From Candidatus Obscuribacteraceae bacterium (GTDB taxonomy: Bacteria; Cyanobacteriota; Vampirovibrionia; Obscuribacterales; Obscuribacteraceae): a DNA stretch of 64,000 nt. Below, piece after piece: positions 49,489 through 58,665 of the stretch; the first letter of the stretch is position 1, and every line of letters starts with the position of its first letter. The stretch lies in NCBI GenBank assembly GCA_044226015.1, contig JBGAHS010000003.1, positions 576,001 through 640,000 on the forward strand, written 5' to 3'. Made by a program: the position numbers and the translations under genes. The notes under the pieces were generated by a model. The model was not told the origin of the DNA, searched no databases, and worked only from the letters and a program-made list of their open reading frames with translations.

Positions 49489-49987
49489 AGCAGTGTCCTT
49501 TCCAAGTTGGCAATTGCGCGACCGAAGTCCTCACAACTGCGTGGTTTCTTTGTTTTCACAGAGAATCAGCCTCGGAGACTGCACAAATCGAACTTCAACA
49601 GGAAGCTGATAGTGCTACAACAGAAATTTCCTTTCGTTTGAGTGGGCGAGTAGGGTTTCCTTGTTTGAGGCGTGAACAGATAACGACGTCAGCCTACGGC
49701 CGGGGGCACTTTAGATCTGAATTTGATCTATTTCAGCCCGGTCGGGCCGCAGAAGCATGAGCCCCCACCGCACGGGCGTCTCGGGACGTGGCAGCGGCGG
49801 GACACCGGCTAGATTAGCCAGGTTTCCACTTGGCGACCAACCTCTCACCACTAGCGGAGGTATCGCAGCGGTAGCCGGCGCTAGCATTCAAGCTGCACTA
49901 ACTGTTATTCGCAAGTACTCAAGACTCTGCCAATGGTCCTGCTTCGGTGATGCTTTTTCTCAACTCCGATTTACGACTGAATCGAGC

Positions 49988-52573
49988 TCACCTGTCTAAC
50001 TGCTTAACGAACCCATCCCAGTCTCTTCCAAGACTCGTGAAATTTCTATTGCCCTGATGTTCCCTTCTGGCTTCAGCAAAACCTCTTTCAGCTCCTTTAG
50101 CTAATGCCTTTCCTTGTTCAGTCTGTTCTTGCTCTCGCAGCAAAACAATCATTTGCTTTATGCGCTGCCCTAATTCTTGATCGTTTCTAGCGGCGCCTAT
50201 AGTGCCAATTGTCTTTTGCAGCTCCTCCGTTTCCTTTGACTTAGGAAAGTGGTCCACAACGGCCTTGAGTTCTTTTACAAGTCGGCCCTGACCATCCAGC
50301 GACAACCCTTCTGACTCTTTCAAATCCGTTTGCATTTTTCTCAATGGTGAAGCAATACGTCCGAATTCACTCTTGTCTTGAATTTCCTTACCTGGCATGT
50401 TGAAGCCTAAGCCACCAATGCCATCCTGTCCTTGCTTTGGCTCGCCAAACTGGGCTACCGCCATCGCATCGTAGGATTTTATTAGCGACGCAGCAGCTCT
50501 TTCAATTTCAGGGTCTTTACCAGAAAAAGTTGTGAGCAAGTTCTGCGCAAATGACTTTAAATCTCTGATATGACTTTGATCCTCTCTGGCTCCATCAGGA
50601 GCAACGGGTGAGCCATCAACAGCTTTTCTAATTCCAGCTTCACTCGATTTATCATGCATACCCCTGTTGAGCTGCGCTCCAAGCTGGTCGAAATCGCGCT
50701 TGAAATCGCCGTACTTGCTCATGTCAAAGGCAGCTAAAGTTAACGTTGCGTTGTCTTCTCCCGCTCCATTTGCACCTTTGCTAGCCAAATCCACGATGTT
50801 CTTTGCAAAATCACGACCAGACTGAGAAGGATTATTCATCAGCGAACGAAACTCTGTGCCCAAATTTTGCCCATCATTTGCCAGAGTAATTTTCTCAATT
50901 GCCGATGATGCGACAACATTTTCTGCTACATCCTTTACCTTGCCCAGAGTGTGCGGGGAAGACATTGAGCAAACATCAAAATTGAGCAAATCAAGCTTTT
51001 TATGCTCTCCGCCTTGAAGACCTTTCTTTATGCCGTCCACCATCTGTGGTAGGGACATAAGATCTTTGTTTGTCGCCACGGAATTATCTGCACCTTGTTG
51101 TATTCCCTGAACAACCAGCCCAAGCTTGTTCGATGGGGCCAACTTTCCTGCATCTTTGAGCAATTCCTCAATTTCTTTTCCTGGAGTGCTCGCCTTCGAA
51201 TCGGGTAACTTGTCTATTTTCCCATCGTGAATGAAATACCTTTCTGTACGAGCTGAACCGCTTTGAAGTGCTTGCATATCACACGCAGCTACTTTTGCAG
51301 GGCTGTTTGTTTCGTTGTGGCAAAGATTCCCCTTCTTATCAGTCGGCCTCTCAGCTGCGACAACAAAATCAACGGACTTATTTTCTGTTTCTTTTGCTAA
51401 TCCCTTGAGTTGTTCGAGCAATGGCTCAGAACCGTTACCTTTCGGAAAATGCTCTGTTGCTGGACCAGAGGCGCCCAACTCAACTGCTATGGTCCACTCC
51501 TTCTTCGTAGGGTCCGCTGCCTTTGCGGGATCCTCCTTCGCCTTCGCGGGATCCTCTTTCGCCTTCGCGGGATCCTCCTTCGCTTTCGCGGGATCCTCTC
51601 CTACCTTCGCGGGATCCTCTTTCGCCTTCGCGGGATCCTCTTTCGCTTTCGCGGGATCCTCTTTCGCTTTCGCGGGATCCTCCTTCGCTTTTGCGGGATC
51701 CTCTCCTACCTTCGCGGGATCCTCTTTCGCCTTCGCGGGATCCTCCTTCGCCTTCGCGGGATCCTCATTCGCCTTCGCGGGATCCTCTTTCGCTTTCGCG
51801 GGATCCTCTTTCGCCTTCGCGGGATCCTCTTTCGCTTTCGCGGGATCCTCCTTCGCTTTTGCGGGATCCTCTTTCGCCTTCGCGGGATCCTCTCCAGGCT
51901 TTGCCGCATCCTTTGCGGGATCCTCTTTCGCTTTCGCTGGATCCTCCTTCACCTTTGCGGGATCCTCCTTCGCCTTCGCGGGATCCTCCTTCGCCTTCGC
52001 CGGATCCTCCTTCGCTTTCGCGGGATCGCCAGTTTTTAGGACGGGGTCATTGCCTAGATGTTTGCTCGCCTTATCCCCTTTGAATTCAACATCATTTCCG
52101 CGTGAATCTTTTTGATGCTTAACGTTGCCGTCGTTGTCTACAACTCCACGCAGCACTGGTTCAAAGTTTCCATGCTGATCTCGAGTGCTGACCACGACAC
52201 CAGTTCGTTTGCCAAAATCTTTTGAGTGAATTTCAAATGACCGTCCATCTTCTCCGGAAAAGGACTTCTGCCCTCCAAACGCCATGGCGTGTGCTGCTTT
52301 GATTTTATCTTCTGCAGAAGATTCCGGATTTTTGAGAACGTCTAGATGACCTTGCCCCTGCTTATCCCCAGACTGAACAGTCAAACGACCAACAGCGCCC
52401 TGCTCGGCCAATTTCTCAGAATCTTTCGCGCTTCTCTCGTTTTTTTCTTTACCAGTGCCTTTGCCCTCAGACTCTGCGGCCAGTTTGCTCTGCGCTGAAT
52501 CGCTTTGCTTTTGCACATCCGCATCATTAGCGTCATGCTTCTCCTTCGGAGCATCCTTCACTTTTTCACTCAT
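49988..52573 (-). CDS. Clostripain (peptidase C11)-like protein with an EDPAKAK repeat linker
   Basis: KEWT, KLDLLNFDVCSM, VVASS-E, TLAAFDM, RDLKSF and GGLGF resemble the C11 fold; charged N-terminus without a signal peptide. Confidence 0.75.
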   Translation of the reverse strand: MSEKVKDAPKEKHDANDADVQKQSDSAQSKLAAESEGKGTGKEKNERSAKDSEKLAEQGAVGRLTVQSGDKQGQGHLDVLKNPESSAEDKIKAAHAMAFGGQKSFSGEDGRSFEIHSKDFGKRTGVVVSTRDQHGNFEPVLRGVVDNDGNVKHQKDSRGNDVEFKGDKASKHLGNDPVLKTGDPAKAKEDPAKAKEDPAKAKEDPAKVKEDPAKAKEDPAKDAAKPGEDPAKAKEDPAKAKEDPAKAKEDPAKAKEDPAKAKEDPAKANEDPAKAKEDPAKAKEDPAKVGEDPAKAKEDPAKAKEDPAKAKEDPAKAKEDPAKVGEDPAKAKEDPAKAKEDPAKAKEDPAKAADPTKKEWTIAVELGASGPATEHFPKGNGSEPLLEQLKGLAKETENKSVDFVVAAERPTDKKGNLCHNETNSPAKVAACDMQALQSGSARTERYFIHDGKIDKLPDSKASTPGKEIEELLKDAGKLAPSNKLGLVVQGIQQGADNSVATNKDLMSLPQMVDGIKKGLQGGEHKKLDLLNFDVCSMSSPHTLGKVKDVAENVVASSAIEKITLANDGQNLGTEFRSLMNNPSQSGRDFAKNIVDLASKGANGAGEDNATLTLAAFDMSKYGDFKRDFDQLGAQLNRGMHDKSSEAGIRKAVDGSPVAPDGAREDQSHIRDLKSFAQNLLTTFSGKDPEIERAAASLIKSYDAMAVAQFGEPKQGQDGIGGLGFNMPGKEIQDKSEFGRIASPLRKMQTDLKESEGLSLDGQGRLVKELKAVVDHFPKSKETEELQKTIGTIGAARNDQELGQRIKQMIVLLREQEQTEQGKALAKGAERGFAEARREHQGNRNFTSLGRDWDGFVKQLDR
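51517..52030. repeat. Coding 21-bp tandem repeat, ~24 copies (EDPAKAK)
   Basis: Unit GCGGGATCCTC(T/C)TTCGC(C/T)TT(C/T); one 12-bp insertion near 51895; the VG variant recurs 105 bp apart. Confidence 0.97.
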
Positions 52574-52808
52574 GTGGCTACCTCATTCTCGAGCAGAGAA
52601 CTTCAAATCAATCGTTAGTAAGTCGGGCAACGATGTATTATGTTTGAGACGCTGTGAAAATCACGTGATTATTTTGCGGCTTCCGCAGCCCAGGCGGCAC
52701 TATATGTCTACATCCTCAGACTCGACTCCTAAGTAGCACAAGAAGTTAAGTTAAGAGCCTCTGGGCTATGCAGAGCAGCACCGCATGTGGTGCTACGTCA
52801 TTCAACAC

Positions 52809-53309
52809 CTAGCCATTCAAGAGCTTATTTTGCTCTCTTTCGTGCAAAACACTTTTACAAACCCAGCCTTCACGTCCTTGAAACTGTCCATCTTTGACTC
52901 TGATTTTGACGGCTTCTTTTTCTTTTTCGTTGTTCAGAACGATTACCTGGGTATCGTTGTCGATTTCTAAAATCGTGCCATCTAATGCCCATTCGGTGAC
53001 CTTCCCAAGCTGCTGCGTATTAACAAGATCTTTTACAGAAGGTTCTGCAACGAAAAGAGGAATGGCATTCTTGTTCCGATCATAAACACGATAGGAATAT
53101 GTCTTCGGCGCAGCTTCAGAACCAATGCCCATCATCATTTTGATGAGATAAATCATTCCGACAAGAAGAGCAACGCCAAACAAGAGCCCGACAAGAATGC
53201 TGACAAGTCTGACGACAAAGCCAATAACAACCAGCCCTACCAGGCACAATATGAAAATTCCGATTATTTGAAATACAAGCTTCAGCATTTCACCCTCTGG
53301 AACATTCAT
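52809..53309 (-). CDS. Membrane protein with a C-terminal SH3-like domain
   Basis: Long N-terminal hydrophobic hairpin; VKIRVKDGQFQGREGWV. Confidence 0.72.
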   Translation of the reverse strand: MNVPEGEMLKLVFQIIGIFILCLVGLVVIGFVVRLVSILVGLLFGVALLVGMIYLIKMMMGIGSEAAPKTYSYRVYDRNKNAIPLFVAEPSVKDLVNTQQLGKVTEWALDGTILEIDNDTQVIVLNNEKEKEAVKIRVKDGQFQGREGWVCKSVLHEREQNKLLNG

Positions 53310-53415
53310 ATGTTACCACCGTGAGCAAGACAGATGCAGAATCCAATAGCGATCTCGAAATACCAGCCCTTTAAAAGTATAAAAGGACTTTAAAATGCAA
53401 AAAGCGATTGAGAAT

Positions 53416-53452
53416 GTGCAAGAGGGAAACTATTAATGCTCCCCTCTTGCAC
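53416..53452 (-). terminator. Hairpin after the 53461-54578 pair
   Basis: GTGCAAGAGGG/CCCTCTTGCAC stem. Confidence 0.6.
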
Positions 53453-53460
53453 CGATAATA

Positions 53461-53631
53461 CTATGACTTCCGCTTTTTCAGATCTTGCAGAAGCTTGTAC
53501 TGCTGCTCAGCAAACCACAGATCCTCGCGAGTTTTTTCCTTGCAGCCGAGTTCGCCACAACCGGTGAACAGCATTTCGGCATGCACAACATTGCGGGGTT
53601 CCTGCTTGACGGTGGTATTCGACTCACTCAT
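53461..53631 (-). CDS. Small hypothetical protein (56 aa)
   Basis: ATG 53631 after AGGAGA; followed by a hairpin. Confidence 0.55.
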   Translation of the reverse strand: MSESNTTVKQEPRNVVHAEMLFTGCGELGCKEKTREDLWFAEQQYKLLQDLKKRKS

Positions 53632-53711
53632 AGCTTTTCTCCTGAGTTGAAAGGAAGAGCTTCTTGCTGAAGCTCTTCCCGGTCCGATAATCTTGATGAT
53701 GCTGCTGATGC

Positions 53712-54578
53712 TTAGCTGAAGATCCACTCCAGCCAGCCCATCTTGCGCCGAGCCTCGCGACGACGAGCGTCAGACGCCGCAAGCAGCTTGCGCCACTCCG
53801 TCTCCTCGTCATCATGGCTGCACTCAGCAAGACCTTTCTCGTTGCTCGCGGCGACCTCGCTCATGCGGGCACGCATGCCGGCGATGAACTCATCTGCCTC
53901 GGCCGAAACCTTGGCGAGATGCGCATCGATGTTACTGGAAAACTCGGACAGGATGCGCTCGGTCACGGGAGCCATGCTCTCGCGGAAATCGTGAAGTGAC
54001 CTGGCGCCCTCGGCACGAATCTCAGCTTCAACGCGCTTGAGCGTCTCATTGCTGTCCAGCGCCTCCTCAGCGAAGCTGCGCATGACGATGCCGGCGACGG
54101 TCTCACCATCGCTTTCATGCATGCCGAGCGAGTCGAGGGCACGACGGAGAGCCTTCTCACCGGTCTTCAGGAGAAGCAGACGCTCGAGGTCAGTCTCGAC
54201 ATCAGCGAGCTTCCGCATCCACTTATAAGCGATGAGCTTGGACATGTCGGCGAGATAGTGATCGTCGACAAGAATGCGCTCGCGGTCGATTCGCACCTCG
54301 TGCGAAACAGTCGCGCTGGGCCGCGGAGCCTTGAGCTTGCGGATGACAGTGCGACGATAACGGGAGTCCTCGAGACGGGAGTTGTCGACTTCGAGCGCGG
54401 CCGGCTTGAAGGTGGACTCGCAGCAGAAGGTGGTGAGACCGTGAGACTTGATGGACTTTGAGAACTTCGCCCAGGCGGACTCCGAAGAAGCATCTTTGCG
54501 GATGACTTTCGCAAAGAGAGCCACGAAGGTGTCCATGAGTCCGTGTTCGAACTTAGAATCGATCGTGATGGTGGTCAT
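53712..54578 (-). CDS. Hypothetical protein with a helical/coiled-coil C-terminus
   Basis: GAAAGGA RBS, strong codon bias, ends RRKMGWLEWIFS. Confidence 0.8.
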   Translation of the reverse strand: MTTITIDSKFEHGLMDTFVALFAKVIRKDASSESAWAKFSKSIKSHGLTTFCCESTFKPAALEVDNSRLEDSRYRRTVIRKLKAPRPSATVSHEVRIDRERILVDDHYLADMSKLIAYKWMRKLADVETDLERLLLLKTGEKALRRALDSLGMHESDGETVAGIVMRSFAEEALDSNETLKRVEAEIRAEGARSLHDFRESMAPVTERILSEFSSNIDAHLAKVSAEADEFIAGMRARMSEVAASNEKGLAECSHDDEETEWRKLLAASDARRREARRKMGWLEWIFS

Positions 54579-55430
54579 TGGATCAGGTCCTTTCTGTAGG
54601 GTCTGTTGGTTCCCATGTCTCATGATCGAGGCATAGAAACGGTTGATATTCGCGACTACTGTGGAAAACGGTTAGGTGTTGAAATTCCTGCGGTCAAAAA
54701 GTTTTGGTGAACGAATGGAGTTCTATTTGAACGCTCTTTCAGGAAATTTTGCAAACAGCCGTGTGATGACATAGCACCCCAAAATATGCGTTAACAGATT
54801 CACTGCGACCCCCGAAGCCTTTATTCATAGGGACCTCGGGACGACACCGCAAGCAACAGGCGACATCGGTTTCGAACGTTTCACCAGTCTTTCCAAAAAG
54901 CACATCTCGAAACAGATGCCTGCGCGTCGTTTCCAGCTTCGATTTTCAATTCGCGCAGCCACCTCATATGGTGCACAAAAGCAGCGCACAAAACAAAGCA
55001 GAAGCGCCATATCCATTTTTCAGCAATCCTTTTCAGCATTCTTTCAAAGAGCTTTCAAATATACTAAATTCCATTACCATTCTTTCCCAAAACTTTCTCC
55101 AAACCCGCAATCGCTCTTCCAGCTGAGCTATTGCCCCTCTAGACCTTCTCAAAGCCTTCTCCAATATTTCTACAATCTTTCAAGAAAAACAGCAAGCAAT
55201 GTTTTGTCCAATGGCTCCCACACTTGATTTCGACAAAAATCGAAGTCTGCCACGAAAGTGAACAACACGTTCACGTAAGATTTCCATATAAAAAGTCATA
55301 GAATGACAAACTCTAAATCCCTATAAATAGGAACGCAACAGCTACTATACAATTACGTACTCAATGAGCGAACAAAAGAAAGATACGAGAAAGAATTCAA
55401 TTAAGAATCCATCTCAAATTGCAAAGCATT

Positions 55431-55465
55431 AGTGGGTCAAACACATCGATCATGTTTGACCCACT
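55431..55465 (-). terminator. Hairpin after patatin 1
   Basis: AGTGGGTCAAACA/TGTTTGACCCACT 13-bp stem. Confidence 0.65.
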
Positions 55466-55505
55466 TTTGCTTCCTGAGCGAAATAGCGCCTTCGAAGAGT
55501 CCTAG

Positions 55506-56396
55506 TTAAAGCAAGCCGGCTTTCTTCGCCATTGAAAAGCTCAGTCGGCTTTTCTGCAAAGCGTGCTCAAACATCTCTGTATGAACACTCAAAGGCAAAT
55601 TCCAAGCAGCACTCGAAACATCTGGCAAACCAGTCTCTACAACAAGGGCTTCACCTGTTTGGGGCATGCGAAATTTAGCCATTCCAATATTCGGGAGAAT
55701 CATTTCGAGCAAATGAAATATCCTATCGAAATTAGATAACTGATACCAGCGTTCTTGATGAATCTCAGAGGCTAAGCCCAGTTTGCTTATCAAAACAGGT
55801 TTCGCAGAAAAATCGAAAGCGAACGGATGGTACAAATATCCATCGAAGTATATTGCACCATTCTTTGCCTTCCGCAATTTTCGATATGCAGAAAGCAACG
55901 CGTTCCAACTCTTCAGTTCTCCGAAATCACCATCGACTACAGGGCGCATTACACCAGGCAAAGAGCATGATGCGCTAAGCGCTTTCGCAAGATCATAATT
56001 GCAGCCAGAAAAAACTTTCGGCTTAGCTCTGACTATGTCGAAAGCGACAATTTGCATATTTTCGTTCGGCTGCAAATTGTAAGTCTTCACTATGTCCCGA
56101 AATATGGGAAGCAAATCAATGAATTCACCTTGCAGAAGCTCATCGGCAGTAGGCCAACGGAGACGTGCAGTACCTTCACCTCCACCAGATTGGAGATTTC
56201 CAAAATGCTTTTGCAGCAAAGAGCATATTGTTTCAGGACTGTATCCATTGGTGTAAAACGCGAGAACAACAGAGCCGATTGAAACTCCTGTACCTTTTCC
56301 CAACTCAATGCCACACTCCTGGGCAGCTTTCAGAAAACCTGCATGTCCAGCGCCTTTAGAACCACCGCCACCAAGAACGTAATCAAATTTTTTCAT
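55506..56396 (-). CDS. Patatin-like phospholipase 1
   Basis: GGGGSKG oxyanion loop, GVSIG nucleophile elbow, ASCSLPG, DGY. Confidence 0.9.
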   Translation of the reverse strand: MKKFDYVLGGGGSKGAGHAGFLKAAQECGIELGKGTGVSIGSVVLAFYTNGYSPETICSLLQKHFGNLQSGGGEGTARLRWPTADELLQGEFIDLLPIFRDIVKTYNLQPNENMQIVAFDIVRAKPKVFSGCNYDLAKALSASCSLPGVMRPVVDGDFGELKSWNALLSAYRKLRKAKNGAIYFDGYLYHPFAFDFSAKPVLISKLGLASEIHQERWYQLSNFDRIFHLLEMILPNIGMAKFRMPQTGEALVVETGLPDVSSAAWNLPLSVHTEMFEHALQKSRLSFSMAKKAGLL

Positions 56397-56837
56397 CAAT
56401 TTTCCTCAATATGAATTGAGATGCATCTGCTCGATGCATCTCAACGGCTCGTAGTGGAATCCTGAGCCGAGCAAAGCCACACTGCCGCAAAGGCAAATCT
56501 GCGATTACTCAGGCAATTAGAAGTTCAATGCAATTTTTAGTGGTTCTGCCGTTCGAAACGAGGATCGCAGCAGAAGACTACTAGTCCGCTAGATCAACAT
56601 GAATTAAGTGACAGAACTTGGGTGATATAACTTGGGTGATATAGAAACCCGAAAAAAAATTGGACAATGAACTTCAATACTGAGTCAAAAGCAATGGACA
56701 GCTCCGCGGCAAGCTGATCTTGCTGGCGCACTGGTAAGCACACTAACGCTTCAGCTTGCGAAGCTATTGCTAACGAAAAGCAGAAAGCTGCAAAACAAGC
56801 ACCTTAGCCCTACTATCTGCAATAGCAATACAAGCAG

Positions 56838-56875
56838 AAAAAAAACCTGGAATCAAGATTATTGATCCCAGGTTT
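56838..56875 (-). terminator. Terminator after patatin 2
   Basis: AAACCTGG-ATCAA...TTGAT-CCAGGTTT stem with a long T run on the minus strand. Confidence 0.75.
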
Positions 56876-56881
56876 CGTAAA

Positions 56882-57898
56882 CTAATCGAGGCGACAATCC
56901 ATAATGAAGAGGTCGCGATTGGAAGCCAGCCGCCCCAATTCCTGAAACCTCTCGTTGCTGATGAGTCCGCGCTTCCACAAAACGACTACGGTTTCCGCGA
57001 ATCCACTCATCACTGCATACCATTTTTGCTCGACACTAAGAGAGAATTGCAGAGACTTAAATTTGTTCACCGTAGGTGATACCAAAATCGTTCCCTGCTC
57101 AGCCCAGACAGCAGGGTCCATTTCATCGTGCGGACAGAGACAGTTTTTACCGCAGAGCAGACGCCAGAAATCGAGGATGAAATCAGACTTCGAACCACGA
57201 CTGACGCCGACGTCGCAAGCAAGAATCTGGCTAGCTTTGACATCAAAGCTTCGCGCAACAACCCCGACAGGACACTGCCCATCCCAGGAGAGTGCGCCAT
57301 CAAAAAGGTAAATGTCGTTCCACACCTTCGGCTCAATGATACCGGGAACCGCACAGGATGCGCACACAGCGAGTCCAAGCGGGGCTGCTTCGTCACTGAG
57401 CTGACGGCTGCTTCCGTCATGAAGGTACTGGAACACTCCCTTCGAGGTGAAAACAATCTGTGTTCTGCCTGCGACAGCCATCGTCCAATAGTTTTCCGGC
57501 CATTCGGGTACCAGATCGTTGACAAATTTCTCCAATTTCTCAGAACCAAGAACTCCATATCGTGGTCGCGTTCGAGCCAGACGTTCCTTCAAGAAAAAGG
57601 CTAGAAACATCTGAACAGCATTAGCACGCCTGGTCAAAAGAGAATTGAAATCGATGTCGATAGCAAGTTGAACCATTCTGCCGGGGCTCATTCCAGCAGC
57701 ATGCATGAGAGTAGGAATGGAGCCACCACTGACACCGCCAATGGTGCGAGCATCTGCATAGCCGGTTTTATGCAGCGCGTAGAGAAATCCGGCGCTTGCG
57801 AGAATGGCGCGTGAGCCACCACTTCCGCAAACGGTATGGAGTTGAGTTTTGTCCAGTGCAGAGGCCTTCCTGCCAACAGCAAGTTGAGTCGTAGACAT
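56882..57898 (-). CDS. Patatin-like phospholipase 2
   Basis: GSGGSR, GVSGG, ASCAVPG, FDGA. Confidence 0.88.
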   Translation of the reverse strand: MSTTQLAVGRKASALDKTQLHTVCGSGGSRAILASAGFLYALHKTGYADARTIGGVSGGSIPTLMHAAGMSPGRMVQLAIDIDFNSLLTRRANAVQMFLAFFLKERLARTRPRYGVLGSEKLEKFVNDLVPEWPENYWTMAVAGRTQIVFTSKGVFQYLHDGSSRQLSDEAAPLGLAVCASCAVPGIIEPKVWNDIYLFDGALSWDGQCPVGVVARSFDVKASQILACDVGVSRGSKSDFILDFWRLLCGKNCLCPHDEMDPAVWAEQGTILVSPTVNKFKSLQFSLSVEQKWYAVMSGFAETVVVLWKRGLISNERFQELGRLASNRDLFIMDCRLD

Positions 57899-58665
57899 AG
57901 CATTCGGTCCTGGGGGTAGAGGATATGGCTCTCAGGGCTGGCATGCGCCAGACTGAAACCTGTCACACGGTGGTGAGCGAAAGCGGTGAGAAACAGAGAA
58001 AAGAGGTACGGAGTTAGCGGCTTCGGTTGCAGAAAAATATGACTAGATGGTCAAAATCTATAAGCCAGGCGGCTCCAGACTCAAGGCTCTGGAGATGTTC
58101 GAGCTTAGACCATTTCAAGCTTCCTCATCACCCTGGGCCAACACTTAACGGATAGCGCCAACTCAGCAAGGAAGAAGAGCCGAAAGTCCAGTAGTCTAGC
58201 TCTTGTCAGGAGAAGCACCAGATACGATACCGTTGACAAGAGAAACCAATGTCAAGAGCACAGAGAGTCTTCCGAGCGCACGTATACAGTTCACTCCGCT
58301 ATGCCAACCCCATGACGGCGATCACAAGATCACTCGTAGACCCCTGTCAGGCAGTGCTATCGGGAGACAGCGCTCTAAGCGCGCGTTAAGTCCTTCACAC
58401 CGAGTCGCGCTTGAACCGCAGTAGCTCGACCTTATAGCGTGGGGTGTATCTCAATCACTCCCGCTTCCGTCACACCTAGACAGTATCGAACCATAAATCC
58501 CAGGCACATCTAGCCGAATCAGTCGGTTGGACCAATACACCTTGCTTTGGATCGGTACTTCTTTCGAGCTTGAGATACATTGCGGCAGCTCGATGCTGTC
58601 GAACCTGGAAAATGCACCACGCGCAGCGCCTCGTCCTGCGCAATACACAAAGTCTGGAGCAAAAA

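Noticed and set aside
51517..52030. Possible CRISPR array
   Set aside because: Head-to-tail units with no unique spacers, in frame within a CDS, and no cas genes.
54825..55227. Short ORFs in the long intergenic region
   Set aside because: No RBS, atypical composition and no recognisable motifs.
55506..57898. Patatins as CBASS CapV-type defence effectors
   Set aside because: No CD-NTase or other defence gene nearby; the context is lipid metabolism.
58165..58195. RNase P RNA (GAAAGTCC)
   Set aside because: Lacks the full GAGGAAAGTCC and the 3' ACAGAA...GCTTA element.
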